In this document: positions 11,202 through 21,494 of the stretch, piece after piece
Layout of the letters: each line of letters begins with the position of its first letter
How positions within the stretch are numbered: position 1 is the first letter of the stretch
Origin: Nannocystis bainbridge
GTDB lineage: Bacteria; Myxococcota_A; Polyangia; Nannocystales; Nannocystaceae
DNA length: 64,000 nt
Direction: 5' to 3'
Assembly: GCF_028368995.1 (NCBI RefSeq)
Contig: NZ_JAQNDL010000001.1
Span: 4,064,001 to 4,128,000, forward strand
Notes under the pieces: model-generated
Databases searched by the model: none
What the model was told of the DNA's origin: nothing
The model's input: the letters and a program-made list of their open reading frames with translations, nothing else
Program-made: the position numbers and the translations under genes

Positions 11202-13700
11202 TCAGCGGACGAACACGGCGCCGAAGGTGGCGAGGTTCTTGTCGCCGTTGTCGCCGCCGCAGCTGGCGAGGTCGCCGACGGCGTAACCGAGCACGCTGCA
11301 CTGGCCCCCATCGCCGCCGATGCCGATGTACGAGTCGGGCGAGGTGCAGTCGTTCTCCTGGTTGGAGACGACGCCGATCCGCACCCGCGGCCAGCCCGCC
11401 ACCGCCCACGGCATCGAATTGAAGCCCTCGCGGTTGCAGAACGACTGCAGCGAGCTGCCGGTGATCAGGCTCTTCCAGGCGTCGCGGCCGACGCTGGTCG
11501 CGACGTAGGCGCCGCTCAGCAGGTTCTGCAGCGACGGCCGGTTGAGGCCCGGCAGCTTGATGGTCTTGAGCACCAGCGGCCCGTTGCCGATCGGGTACTC
11601 CATGCCGACGAGCACGTCGTTGAACGGCACGCTCATGAAGCTCTGCAGCTTGGCCTCGTTGTGGTCGAGGTCGGGGAACTGCGGCTGGTAGGTCGAAGCA
11701 TTGGTCCACAGCGCGGCGGCGTAGGTGAAGGTGTTGAGGGTGCCGTTGGCCTTGAGGGCGAGGGTCCAGCCGCCGCCGTCGATGGTCATCTCGCAGAAGA
11801 CGTTGAACGGCTGCAGGGCGCCGGCGCCGTCCGGATCGATCGGGTAGACGCCGTTGCCAGCGCCAGGAGTGGCCTGCTTGATGGCCTTGCAGCTGGTGGC
11901 GATGCCACACTTGCCGCCGGTGCAGAAGCCGGTGGTGCAGTCGAGGCCGCCGGTGCACTGGAGGTTGAGGCCGCACTTGCCACACGAGCCGCCGCAGTCG
12001 ACGTCGCTCTCGGTGCCGTTCTTGACGCCGTCGCTGCAGGTCGGCAGCAGACACTGATTGTTGCAAAAATCGTTGTTGTTGGCGTTGCCGTCGTCGCACT
12101 GCTCGACGCCCTGATGGACGATGGCGTCGCCGCAGCTGGCGGACTTGCAGGTGTTGAGGCAGGCGTCGTTGTCGGACAGGTTGCCGTCGTCGCACTGCTC
12201 GCCCTTGCCGGGCTGGACGAAGGTGTCGCCGCAGATCGGGTTGTTGCAGGCGAGGGTGCAGACGCCGGTGTTGCTGTTGCCGATGCCGGCGTCACACTGC
12301 TCGCCGGGCTGCTTGAAGCCGTCGCCGCAGGTGGCGAGCTTGCAGACGTTGGTGCAGGCGTCGTCGTTGCTCTGGTTGCCGTCGTCGCAGGCCTCGCTGG
12401 GGCTCTTGTCGCCGTCGCCGCAGATGTTGGTCTTGCACATGGCGTTGCACGGCTTGCCGGGGCCGTTGTTGACGCCGTCGTCGCACTGCTCGACGTTGGC
12501 CTGGACGAGGCTGTCGCCGCAGGTGGCGAGCTTGCAAGCGACGGTGCAGGCGCCGCTGTCGCTGTTGCTGCCGCCGAGGTCGCACTGCTCGCCCTCGTTG
12601 GGCTGATGGATGCCGTCGCCGCAGGCGGGGAGCTCGCAGCTGTCGGTGCAGCCGTCGTCGTCGTCGCCGTTCTGCCCGTCGTCGCAGTCCTCGCCCGGAT
12701 CGAGGGTACCGTTGCCGCACTCCTCGAGCTTGCAAGTGGCCGAGCAGCCGTCGCCCGGATCGAGGTCGCCGTCGTCGCAGGCCTCGCCGGGGCCCTGGTC
12801 GCCGTCGCCGCAGGTGTTGAATTGACACCCGGCGTTGCAGGCCTTGCCTGCCCCGTTGTCGACGCCGTCGTCGCACTCCTCGATGCCGTCGCCGGTGTTG
12901 TAGAGGGCCCCGTCGCCGCAGACGTTGAGCTTGCAGCTGGTGGTGCAGGCGGCGTTGTCGGCGTTGGCGTTGCCGTCGTCGCACTGCTCGCCGACGCTGT
13001 CCTGGACGTGACCGTCGCTGCAGGTGGCGTCGGTGCAGGTGTCGGTGCAATCGTCGCTGTTGTCGGCGTTGCCGTCGTCACACTGCTCGGTCGGGGCGAC
13101 GATGCCGTCGCCGCAGCTGGCGAGCGCGCAGGAATTGGTGCAGTCGTCGGTGTCGTCTTCGTCGCCGTCGTCGCATCCCTCGCCCGGGCCGACGGCCCCG
13201 TCGCCGCAGACGTTGTCGGTGCAGTCGGCCTTGCAGCTATTGGTGTCCATGTTGTCGGCGCCGTCGTCACACTCCTCGCCGGGGCCCTGATCGCCGTCGC
13301 CGCAGGCATTGGCCTGACACTGCATGTTGCACGGCTTGCCGGCGCCGTTGTCGGGGCCGTCGTCGCAGGCCTCGCCCCGATCGAGCTGACCGTCGCCGCA
13401 GACGGGGTCGGGCTCGCCAGTGGTGGTATCGGTGGTCTCGCCGGTGGTCGTGGTGGTGGTGCTGTCGCCGGTCGTGGCGACGGTCATGCCGCCGGTCATG
13501 CCCTGCGTGGTGGTCGGCGTGTCGGTGACGCCGACGGTGGTGGTCGTCGTCGCCACCCCGGTGCTGGTCTGCACGTCGCCGCCGGTGGTGGTGGCCTCGC
13601 TCGCGCCGACAGTGCCGGCCGTGCCGGAATCACCGCACGCCGCGAGCAACAAGGTGGTCGAAAGGACAGATCGCCGCAGGCCAAGCTCTAACGTTCGCAT
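11202..13700 (-). CDS. Lipoprotein with myxobacterial Cys-rich repeats and C-terminal fibrinogen/intelectin-like domain
   Basis: LAAC lipobox, Thr-rich linker, about 14 CGDG..EQCDDG repeats, C-terminal SCKAI..G.Y.IDPDG..VFCEMTIDGGGWTL. Confidence 0.85.
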   Translation of the reverse strand: MRTLELGLRRSVLSTTLLLAACGDSGTAGTVGASEATTTGGDVQTSTGVATTTTTVGVTDTPTTTQGMTGGMTVATTGDSTTTTTTGETTDTTTGEPDPVCGDGQLDRGEACDDGPDNGAGKPCNMQCQANACGDGDQGPGEECDDGADNMDTNSCKADCTDNVCGDGAVGPGEGCDDGDEDDTDDCTNSCALASCGDGIVAPTEQCDDGNADNSDDCTDTCTDATCSDGHVQDSVGEQCDDGNANADNAACTTSCKLNVCGDGALYNTGDGIEECDDGVDNGAGKACNAGCQFNTCGDGDQGPGEACDDGDLDPGDGCSATCKLEECGNGTLDPGEDCDDGQNGDDDDGCTDSCELPACGDGIHQPNEGEQCDLGGSNSDSGACTVACKLATCGDSLVQANVEQCDDGVNNGPGKPCNAMCKTNICGDGDKSPSEACDDGNQSNDDACTNVCKLATCGDGFKQPGEQCDAGIGNSNTGVCTLACNNPICGDTFVQPGKGEQCDDGNLSDNDACLNTCKSASCGDAIVHQGVEQCDDGNANNNDFCNNQCLLPTCSDGVKNGTESDVDCGGSCGKCGLNLQCTGGLDCTTGFCTGGKCGIATSCKAIKQATPGAGNGVYPIDPDGAGALQPFNVFCEMTIDGGGWTLALKANGTLNTFTYAAALWTNASTYQPQFPDLDHNEAKLQSFMSVPFNDVLVGMEYPIGNGPLVLKTIKLPGLNRPSLQNLLSGAYVATSVGRDAWKSLITGSSLQSFCNREGFNSMPWAVAGWPRVRIGVVSNQENDCTSPDSYIGIGGDGGQCSVLGYAVGDLASCGGDNGDKNLATFGAVFVR

Positions 13701-13943
13701 GTTCACCCTCCACGCCCCGGCGACGGCTCGCCCCACGCATGGGGGCGACTCTCCGCACACTGTCGCTACAAGGCCTCATATGCCTGCCAGAAGCCGTGGA
13801 GGCGCACAAGCGGCCGAATCAGTCGCCTGTCGCGCGAGCGCTGGCGCGCAGCGCTCCTGCGCGCGGAGGGTCGGGCGAGCTGCTTGGCAGCCGAGGCCGG
13901 GCACGCGTCGACGACTTGGCAGTCGACGCGGAGGGCTGGCAGC

Positions 13944-14558
13944 TCAGCCGGCGGCCGGCAGCGGCGCGACCGGGGTGCTGGCGCGGTTGCGGACGAACAG
14001 GCGCTTCAGGCCGAGCTTGGTGGCGAGGGCAGTACCTGTCCCAATGGCCATGACCGCAGGAGCAGCCAGACCGCCGGTCAGGGCGACAGCGCCAGCGGCG
14101 ACGAGCACGCCGACCGAGGTCGAGGCGGCCCCGGTGCCAGCCTCGACGGTGGCGTGGACACAGGCCTGCTTGCCGGACATGGTGCCGCGGCGCCAGGCCA
14201 CGACGCCCTCGGCGGCCCCGAAGGCGGCGTCGATGACGAGGCCGACCACGCCCGCCCGCGCGGCCGTGCGCGCGATCTGGAGCCCCGCCGCGCGAGCGGT
14301 CGTCACCACCGCGAGGCTGACGACCTCGGCCGCGCCGGCCTGCGCCGCGACATCGACGAGCGTCGGCGCCGCGCCCGCGACGGTGCTGCTGGCGGTGCGG
14401 GTGAGCACGGTCTGCAGGCCGGCCTGGGCCACGGTGGGCAGCACTTCGCGGCCACCGGTGTCGTAGAGCGTGCGGGCAGCAGAGCGAGCGGCGAGCGCGG
14501 CCTGGCCCGCGAGCGCGCCCATGACGAGATCCCGGTGACTGCGGGCAGAGTCGGACAT
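13944..14558 (-). CDS. Ala/Gly-rich hydrophobic hypothetical protein
   Basis: MSDSARSHRDLVMG start; GC-biased codons; small-residue-rich hydrophobic helices. Confidence 0.6.
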   Translation of the reverse strand: MSDSARSHRDLVMGALAGQAALAARSAARTLYDTGGREVLPTVAQAGLQTVLTRTASSTVAGAAPTLVDVAAQAGAAEVVSLAVVTTARAAGLQIARTAARAGVVGLVIDAAFGAAEGVVAWRRGTMSGKQACVHATVEAGTGAASTSVGVLVAAGAVALTGGLAAPAVMAIGTGTALATKLGLKRLFVRNRASTPVAPLPAAG

Positions 14559-14766
14559 GATGCTAACGCTAGCAAACCGTGCGGGCGCAGTCCCGTATCG
14601 GCCTGGAGGCGCTGGCGCACGCGGGCTGGCGGGCGCGCAAGCGACTACGCAGACGCGGCGCCGAGGCCGCGGGCCGGGAGGCGTTCGGGATCGTCGGTGG
14701 GCGCGGGTCCGGAGGCAGCGCTGGAGAGCGAACGGAGAGGCCGTGATCGCATCCGCCAAAATAGTG

Positions 14767-14851
14767 AGACATGACCTTTCGGCCATGTCTGATTTTGCAG
14801 CGAGCTGAGCCTTGTGCGAGTCCGTTCGGACATGTCCCATCGGCCATGTCC
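14767..14851. repeat. Two 14-bp-phased CATG palindrome pairs
   Basis: CATG at 14770/14784 and 14831/14845. Confidence 0.75.
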
Positions 14852-14862
14852 GAATCGGCACC

Positions 14863-16611
14863 TCAGGGCACGAGGCCGTTGCGCAGGTTGTTGCCGCGGC
14901 CCGTCGGCCACAGCAGGCACGAGGCGGTCGAGCCGGGCACGGTGTAGACGCGCACGCTCTCGACCATGTCCTCGGCGTCCTTGAGCGAGACGACGATCTC
15001 GACCTGGCCGTCGCCGTCGACGTCGGCGAGGGTGGGCACCGGCATCGCGCCGCGCCGCGGCAAGGGCAGCTGATGCTGCACGGCGCCGTCGCTGCCGAGG
15101 ACGAACAGCGCGCCCTTGTCGTCACCGGTGCTGTAGCTGTTGAACACGACCTCGGGCGCGCCGTCGCCGGAGAGGTCACCGATCACCACGCCGCCGGCCG
15201 CGACCTCGGGGTCGGTGGTGTACGCGGTGCTCCACAGCACCTGGCCGGCGGCGCTCACGGCGTGCACGCGCCCGTCGAAGCCGACGAACACGATCTCGAG
15301 GCCGGGGTGATCGGCGCGCAGGTCAGCGACCGCGACCTGGTTGGTGATGCCGACGATGTTGGTGTCGCCGTAGTCCCACAGGCCCGAGAGATAGTCGGGC
15401 AAGTGCACCGGCGTCTCGAAGCCGGGGCGGCGGCTGGCGTCGGCGCCGACGACCCATACGGCGACGCCCTCCTCGCGGTCGCTCTGGGTGGCGTTCTGCA
15501 CGCTGGCGAGCATGACGATCTCGCGCTGGCCGTCGCCGTCCAGATCGGCGATCGCGGGGGCGGTGTTGGTGAAGTGAGCCTGCAGCGCGCTGTCCTCGTC
15601 GTCGGCGTAGCCCTGCATCGCCTCGGCGAGGTCGTGCAGGTAGCGGACGCCGGGGGTCTTGCTGACGGGGAAGATGTCGGCGGCGTCGAAGGCCTCGCCG
15701 CTGCCGTGATGAATGCTGACGTAGGCGTTGTCGTGCGGGGCGACGAGGTCGGCCTTGCCGTCGCCGTCGAGGTCGCCGACGGCCAGGTTCTGATCGTAGC
15801 AGCCAGCCAGGTAACACTGGTCGTCGCAGCCCGCGCTGCCGGCCTCGTTGGGCGGAAAACCGGGCACCGGGCTGCCATCGCCGCGCCAGGCGTGCACGAC
15901 GTCGGTCGGGCCGCTGCGGCCGACGCTGACGGCGATGTCGAGCCGACCGTCGCCGTCGAGGTCGCCAGCGGCGATGCTGCGCAGCTCGTCCTCCCAGGTG
16001 ACAGGAAAACCAGGCGCGAGGGCACCTGACCGATCGAGCAGGTAGACCTGGTCGCGGGCGGCAAAGGCGATCTCGAGCTCGGGCCCGCCGATGAAGTCGG
16101 CGACGACGGGGCTCGACCAGATCCGCCCGCCCCCGGCCTCGAATTTGAAAAGGACCTCGCCGTCGGCGGCCCAGGCGAGCAAGGCCTGACCGCGCGGGAC
16201 GATGACCTCGTGGGCGCCGTCGAGGTCGAGGTCGGCGACGGCGGGGGAGCCGAGCCAGGCCTCCTCCCAGCGATCTTTCAAGCTGTACGCAAGGACAGGT
16301 TCGGCAGCGAGGGCCGATCCACCGCCGCCGTCACAGCTCGGCGCGGGCGGCTCGCCAGTGGTGCCGCCGGTGGTGCCCTCGGGGCTGCCGGTCGGGTCGA
16401 AGCCGGTCGTCGGCGCGGGCCCGTCGGTGGTGCCCTCAGTGCCACCACCGGTGAGGCCGCCGGGGTCGTCGGTGGTGGACAGCGAGGTCGCTGGGCCGGT
16501 CGCGTTGCCGGTGGGCCCGCCGTCGGTGTCGATGGCGCTCGCCGCCGTGCTGCAGGCGATCGCAAGGGTCGCCACGCCCGCTCCCGAGATCCGCCACGTC
16601 GCTCGTCTCAT
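14863..16611 (-). CDS. FG-GAP/VCBS repeat beta-propeller lipoprotein
   Basis: IAC lipobox, Thr/Gly linker, repeated ADLDGDG motifs. Confidence 0.85.
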   Translation of the reverse strand: MRRATWRISGAGVATLAIACSTAASAIDTDGGPTGNATGPATSLSTTDDPGGLTGGGTEGTTDGPAPTTGFDPTGSPEGTTGGTTGEPPAPSCDGGGGSALAAEPVLAYSLKDRWEEAWLGSPAVADLDLDGAHEVIVPRGQALLAWAADGEVLFKFEAGGGRIWSSPVVADFIGGPELEIAFAARDQVYLLDRSGALAPGFPVTWEDELRSIAAGDLDGDGRLDIAVSVGRSGPTDVVHAWRGDGSPVPGFPPNEAGSAGCDDQCYLAGCYDQNLAVGDLDGDGKADLVAPHDNAYVSIHHGSGEAFDAADIFPVSKTPGVRYLHDLAEAMQGYADDEDSALQAHFTNTAPAIADLDGDGQREIVMLASVQNATQSDREEGVAVWVVGADASRRPGFETPVHLPDYLSGLWDYGDTNIVGITNQVAVADLRADHPGLEIVFVGFDGRVHAVSAAGQVLWSTAYTTDPEVAAGGVVIGDLSGDGAPEVVFNSYSTGDDKGALFVLGSDGAVQHQLPLPRRGAMPVPTLADVDGDGQVEIVVSLKDAEDMVESVRVYTVPGSTASCLLWPTGRGNNLRNGLVP

Positions 16612-16647
16612 CTGCACCTCCGCGGCGACGATACGCCAAAGCGGCCG

Positions 16648-16677
16648 CGACCATGATCACGATCGTGATCATGGTCG
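16648..16677. promoter_or_regulatory. Perfect 30-bp palindrome
   Basis: CGACCATGATCACGATCGTGATCATGGTCG, intergenic between the FAAL stop and the FG-GAP start. Confidence 0.5.
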
Positions 16678-16717
16678 TGGTGTCGGTAGCGACCGTAAGC
16701 GCGCCGGGCGGGGCCGC

Positions 16718-18487
16718 TCAGTCTTCGGCGTCGCGGCTGCCGAAGGCCGCGCGGATGTAGCTCCAGCGCGACGTCGCCAGGTGCTTGATGACGTCGATCG
16801 TGCCGGCCTTGACGACGCCCTTGCCGAGCTGACCGTCGCGGAACAGCTCCGAGGTCTTGTTGCGCTGCAGCTTGCCGCTCGAGGTCTTGGGCAGGCTGCC
16901 GGGCACCAGCAGCACGACCTCGTCAGGCTTGAGCGCGAGGGTCTCGAGGATCTTGGCGGCGATCTTGTCGCGCAGGTCCTCGGCGTGCGGAGCCCGGACC
17001 TCGCAGGCGACGATCACCCGCTCGCGCCCGAGCGAGGCGTCCTCGATGCCGAAGGCGACCACGTTGCCGCGGCGCACGCCCTCGACCTGCGAGGCCTGCC
17101 ACTCGAGGTCCTGCGGGTAGTAGTTGCGGCCGTGGATGATGATGAGATCTTTGATCCGGCCGCACACGTAGAGCTCGCCGTCGGCCAGGTAGCCGAGGTC
17201 GCCCGTCGACAGCCAGCCGTCCTTGAGCACCTGCAAGGTGCGCTCGGCGTCGCCCCAGTAGCCGCGCATCACGCTCGGACCGCGCAGCTCGATCTGGCCG
17301 ACGCGACGGTCCGGCAGCGGGCCGCCCTCGGCGTCGACGATCCGCAGCTCGTGCTCGGGGAAGGTGCGCCCGCAGCAGACGACCTTGAGCGCGTCGTCGG
17401 CGTCGCTGGGCTTCGCCTCGCCGTGGACCAGCGCGTCGGGGTCGACCACGTCGGCGCGCAGGTCCTCCTCCAGCTCGACGAAGGTGACGGCGAGGCTGTG
17501 CTCGGCCATGCCGTAGCACGGCAAAAAGGCGGTGCGCTTGAAGCCCCAGGGGGCGAACCGCTCGGCGAACGCGTTGAGCGTGTCGTACTGGATCGGCTCG
17601 GCGCCGCAGCCGGCCACGCGCAGGTGCGACAGGTCGACGCCCTGCAGCTCGTGGTCCTTGATCCGCGCGGTGCACAGGCCGTACGCGAAGTTGGGCGCGA
17701 ACGAGACGCTGGCCTTGCGCTCCGACAGCTGGCGCAGCCACATCGCCGGCCGCTTGAGGAACAGCAGCGGCGACATGAACTGGACCCCGCGCACCTGCAG
17801 CACCGCCGGCGTGAACACGAAGCCGATGAGGCCCATGTCGTGGTAGAGCGGCAACCAGCTGAGGCCGAAGGTGTCGCCGTCGGCGCGCAGGCCGGCCCCG
17901 AGCGCCGCGATGTTGGCGATCAGGTTGGCGTGGGTGAGCGTGACGCCCTTGGGCTGCGAGGTGCTGCCCGAGGTGAACTGCAGGAACGCGACGTCGTCGG
18001 GCTTCACGTCGACGCCGATCGGCGCCGCGCGCTCGTCGACCGGCTTGACGAACGAGGCGTAGACCTCGACCGCGCGCACGCTCGGCACGTTGCTCATCAG
18101 CTTGCCGAGGATCGGCCGCACCTTGGCGTCGGTGACCACCAGCGAGCAGCCGGCCTGGCGCAGGATGTGGGTGGTGTTCGAGAGGTAGCCCTCGAACTGG
18201 CCGAGGTTCATCGGCGGATACACCGGCACCGGGATCGCGCCGGCGTACATCGCCCCGAAGATCGCCTCGACGAACTCCGACGAGTCCGGGAGGATGAGGC
18301 CGACGCGCTCGCCCGGGCGGACCCCCGCGGCCTGCAGCGCCGCGCCGAAGCGGCGGGCCCGCCGCGCGGTCTCGGCGTACGAGAGGAACCTGACCGGGTC
18401 CTTCTCCTGGACGAGGTGCGAGTAGCCGGCGTCGGCGCGGGCGGTCGCCGCGTCGAGGGCCTGCGTGAGCGTCTCGGGCCGCGTCAT
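16718..18487 (-). CDS. Fatty acyl-AMP ligase (FAAL)
   Basis: QFTSGSTSQPKG, SWLPLYHDMGLIG, YGMAE, TGDLG, KTSSGK. Confidence 0.9.
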   Translation of the reverse strand: MTRPETLTQALDAATARADAGYSHLVQEKDPVRFLSYAETARRARRFGAALQAAGVRPGERVGLILPDSSEFVEAIFGAMYAGAIPVPVYPPMNLGQFEGYLSNTTHILRQAGCSLVVTDAKVRPILGKLMSNVPSVRAVEVYASFVKPVDERAAPIGVDVKPDDVAFLQFTSGSTSQPKGVTLTHANLIANIAALGAGLRADGDTFGLSWLPLYHDMGLIGFVFTPAVLQVRGVQFMSPLLFLKRPAMWLRQLSERKASVSFAPNFAYGLCTARIKDHELQGVDLSHLRVAGCGAEPIQYDTLNAFAERFAPWGFKRTAFLPCYGMAEHSLAVTFVELEEDLRADVVDPDALVHGEAKPSDADDALKVVCCGRTFPEHELRIVDAEGGPLPDRRVGQIELRGPSVMRGYWGDAERTLQVLKDGWLSTGDLGYLADGELYVCGRIKDLIIIHGRNYYPQDLEWQASQVEGVRRGNVVAFGIEDASLGRERVIVACEVRAPHAEDLRDKIAAKILETLALKPDEVVLLVPGSLPKTSSGKLQRNKTSELFRDGQLGKGVVKAGTIDVIKHLATSRWSYIRAAFGSRDAED

Positions 18488-18492
18488 CGTCC

Positions 18493-18774
18493 TCAGGCCT
18501 CGCCGCGTTCCTGCGCGATGACCTTGACGACCTCGCGCGCGACGTCGCCGACGGTGACCACGTGCTGGAACAGCTCCATCGGCATGGTGATGCCGAAGTG
18601 ATCCTCGAGGTCGGACACCATCTCGAAGCTCTGCATCGAGTCGAGCCGCAGGTCCTGGATCAGGTGCGACTGCTCGCTCACCGGAGCAGCTGGCTTTTCG
18701 GCCAGGTTCTCGTCGAAGTAGGCGTAGATCTTGGCGAGCACGGCTTCGTAGGTAGGTCTTGCGGCTTCAGTCAC
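18493..18774 (-). CDS. Acyl carrier protein
   Basis: DLRLDSM phosphopantetheine Ser motif, LEDHFGI; small and acidic. Confidence 0.9.
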   Translation of the reverse strand: MTEAARPTYEAVLAKIYAYFDENLAEKPAAPVSEQSHLIQDLRLDSMQSFEMVSDLEDHFGITMPMELFQHVVTVGDVAREVVKVIAQERGEA

Positions 18775-18856
18775 GGCGCTCCCCGGAGTACCGGCGGCTA
18801 TATCGCAACTGGAGCCGCGCCGGAAGCCGCGCGCGCGCCGGCCACCGTTAGCGGGG

Positions 18857-19996
18857 TCACAGCGTGGTCTCGTACACGCGATACGTGGCGATCGGGTAGC
18901 CGCCCATGCTCTTCACCGCGGCGTTGACCCGGTCGTTGTCCTCGAGGGTCCAGCCGATCTGCCCCTCGGTCCAGCCGAGCCGGGCCGCGGCCCGGTGGGT
19001 GGCGAGGAACAGCAGCGTGTCGATGCCCTGGCCGCGGTAGGCGGCCTTGATCCCGAGCAGGATGAGCCGCCCCCCCTTGACGACCTTGCGCACCTTCAGG
19101 TCCCACAGGAGGCGCAGGACCCCGAACGGGAACAGCCGGCCGTCGAGCTTCTTCAGCACCGGGTTCACGTCGAGCACGGTGATCACGAACGCGACCGGCT
19201 CGCCCTTCACCTCGGCGATGATCGGCAGCCCGGGCTCGAGCACCATCTTGAGGTCCTTGGCGATGTGCAGGTACTCCTCGCGGCCGACCGGGACGAAGCC
19301 CCAGTTCTTCTCCCACGCGTCGTTCATCACCTCGAGCGAGCGCAGGACCTCGGCGTCCCAGTCGTCGAAGCGCATGTCGCGGACGGTGATGCCGCGCCGC
19401 GCGGCGACCTTGGCGGCGATCCGCTCGACGCGCTCGGGGATCGGTCGCTGCGGATCGACGCCCCAGTGCAGCAGGTCCTTGGCCTTGCGCAGACCTGTCC
19501 CTTGGAGCAGGCGGTCGTAGTACGGCGGGTTATACGGCATGTTGATGCCGGGGTCGCGGTCGAACCCCTCGATCAGCACGCCGGAGATGTAGTTCATCGA
19601 CAGCTCGAACGGGCCGATCATCGCGGTGCAGCCGCGGGCCGCGAGCCAGGCCTTGGCGACGTCGACCAGCGCCTGCGCGAGCGCGGGGTCGTCGGGGCAC
19701 TCGAACATGCCGAGGTAGCCGGTCTGCTCGCCATGGAATTTCACGAAGTCTTCGTCGCGTACGGCGGCGACCCGGGCGACGTCGCGCCCGTCCTTGCGCG
19801 CGATCCAGAACGCCGCCTGCGCGTGCTTGAAGAACGGGTTCTTGTCCGGGTTCAGATAGTCCCGCCGGTCCATCAACAGCGGCGGCACCCAGCGCGGGCT
19901 CGGGTGATGCTCGCGGTTGACGTACCAGGGCACCCGGATGAACCGCTCGACCAGCTTGCGGTCGCTGAGAGGGACTTCGATGAGCTCGAACGACAT
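18857..19996 (-). CDS. GNAT-fold N-acyltransferase, bacterial ceramide synthase (bCerS)/YghO-like
   Basis: WVPPL..NPFF, G.FEC.DD, MPYNPPYY, WGFVP, YRGQGID, WTLEDN motifs. Confidence 0.7.
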   Translation of the reverse strand: MSFELIEVPLSDRKLVERFIRVPWYVNREHHPSPRWVPPLLMDRRDYLNPDKNPFFKHAQAAFWIARKDGRDVARVAAVRDEDFVKFHGEQTGYLGMFECPDDPALAQALVDVAKAWLAARGCTAMIGPFELSMNYISGVLIEGFDRDPGINMPYNPPYYDRLLQGTGLRKAKDLLHWGVDPQRPIPERVERIAAKVAARRGITVRDMRFDDWDAEVLRSLEVMNDAWEKNWGFVPVGREEYLHIAKDLKMVLEPGLPIIAEVKGEPVAFVITVLDVNPVLKKLDGRLFPFGVLRLLWDLKVRKVVKGGRLILLGIKAAYRGQGIDTLLFLATHRAAARLGWTEGQIGWTLEDNDRVNAAVKSMGGYPIATYRVYETTL

Positions 19997-20172
19997 GGCG
20001 GCCTCGCAGCCGCGCGCAGCGGCCCGTACGAGCCGGGGGGCTACCGCCCGCCGCACTTCGCGTCAAGTGCGCAGAGGCCGCTCGAGCCCCGCGGGGGCAT
20101 CCCCCCGCGATCGCGAGGGCCTCGCGGGCTATCCTCGTCGCAGTGGCTGTCACGCTCGCGCGGTTTCAATTT

Positions 20173-20196
20173 CGACATGGCTCTTGGGTCATGTCC
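20173..20196. repeat. 14-bp-phased CATG pair
   Basis: CATG at 20176 and 20190 in a divergent intergenic region. Confidence 0.6.
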
Positions 20197-20394
20197 GAAA
20201 GAGCTGGCGAGCGCCCCGGCGCCGACGTCCGCGCGTTCTTCGCCGCCGCCCGTGCTGCCGCGCCGCGACGCGGGCACCCGCGCCGCAGCGGCCCGCCCTC
20301 GCCGGCGGACCGGCGCCCCGGCGCGGCGGTGGTAGCCCCTGCCGCGTCCCCTGCCACCTCGGCGGCTGCATCACCCCGTGGAAGCGAGTGAACC

Positions 20395-21369
20395 ATGCGA
20401 CATGTCCTTAAGACCATCTTCTTCATCGCCCCGCTCCTGCCCGCCTGCGGCGACTCTGGCCAGGGCAAGGACCCGACCGACACCGGCTCGGGGCCCGGCA
20501 TCGACTCGCTGAACACGCTCGGCAGCGACGGCGCCAGCGACTCGACCGCGAGCGGCGGCGCCAGCGAGGCGACGACGGCCACCACCGACGGCGGCAGCGA
20601 GGGCTCGGCGACCGCGGCGACGGTGACGGCGAGCGAGCCGACGACCACCACCGCGACCACCGGCCCGGACGAGACGACCAGCACCTCGACGACCTTCCCG
20701 CAGACCGCCTCGTCGCTGCCGGACACCACCGGCTTCGAGCCGCCGCAGTGCGACCCGGTGATGAAGGCGACGGTCCGCGACTTCCGCACCAGCCACCCCG
20801 ACTTCGAGACCTTCGGCGGCGACGCGGCCTACGAGGGCCTGGTCCAGCAGGACCTCGGGCCCGACAGCAAGCCGGTCTACGCCCACCCCGGCGGCACGCC
20901 GCAGACCACCGGGCCGGCCGAGTTCGCCCAGTGGTACAACGACACGCCGGACGTCAACATGGCGTTCGAGATCGACATCCCGCTGACCGAGGTGTCGCCG
21001 GGTCAGTTCACCTACCAGAACAACGCCTTCTTCCCCATCGACGGCCAGGGCTGGGGCGACGAGGGCAACCCGCACAACTTCCACTTCACCACCGAGATCC
21101 ACACCGAGTTCACCTACCAGGGCGGCGAGGTGTTCACGTTCACCGGTGACGACGACCTGTGGCTGTTCATCAACGGCAAGCTGGCGATCGACCTCGGCGG
21201 CCTCCATCCGCAGCTGACCGACACCATCAGCCTCGACGAGAACGCCGGTTATCTCGGGATCACGATCGGCCAGAATTACACGATGGACATCTTCCACGCC
21301 GAGCGGCACACCACCGACTCGAACTTCCGCATCGACACCAGCATCCAGTGCTTCGTCATCCCCGGCTGA
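20395..21369 (+). CDS. Fibro-slime/PA14 domain lipoprotein
   Basis: PAC lipobox, Thr linker, RDF..SHPDFE, FFPID, HNFHFTTE, FTGDDDLWLFIN, DLGGLH, FHAERH. Confidence 0.9.
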   Translation: MRHVLKTIFFIAPLLPACGDSGQGKDPTDTGSGPGIDSLNTLGSDGASDSTASGGASEATTATTDGGSEGSATAATVTASEPTTTTATTGPDETTSTSTTFPQTASSLPDTTGFEPPQCDPVMKATVRDFRTSHPDFETFGGDAAYEGLVQQDLGPDSKPVYAHPGGTPQTTGPAEFAQWYNDTPDVNMAFEIDIPLTEVSPGQFTYQNNAFFPIDGQGWGDEGNPHNFHFTTEIHTEFTYQGGEVFTFTGDDDLWLFINGKLAIDLGGLHPQLTDTISLDENAGYLGITIGQNYTMDIFHAERHTTDSNFRIDTSIQCFVIPG

Positions 21370-21494
21370 TTGCGGCCTAATACGCGGTGGGCTTCGGATG
21401 CCGAAGCTCACGCCGGATTTCGCTCGTAGCGGGCTGAACTACGCGGGAAAATTGTGTGCTCTTGGCCCCGGCTCCGTCGACGACGGACCTCAGG

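Noticed and set aside
11990-13410. Repetitive DNA (GCCGTCGTCGCA.. units) as a mobile or non-coding repeat
   Set aside because: Explained by the CGDG/CDDG protein repeats of the Cys-rich lipoprotein
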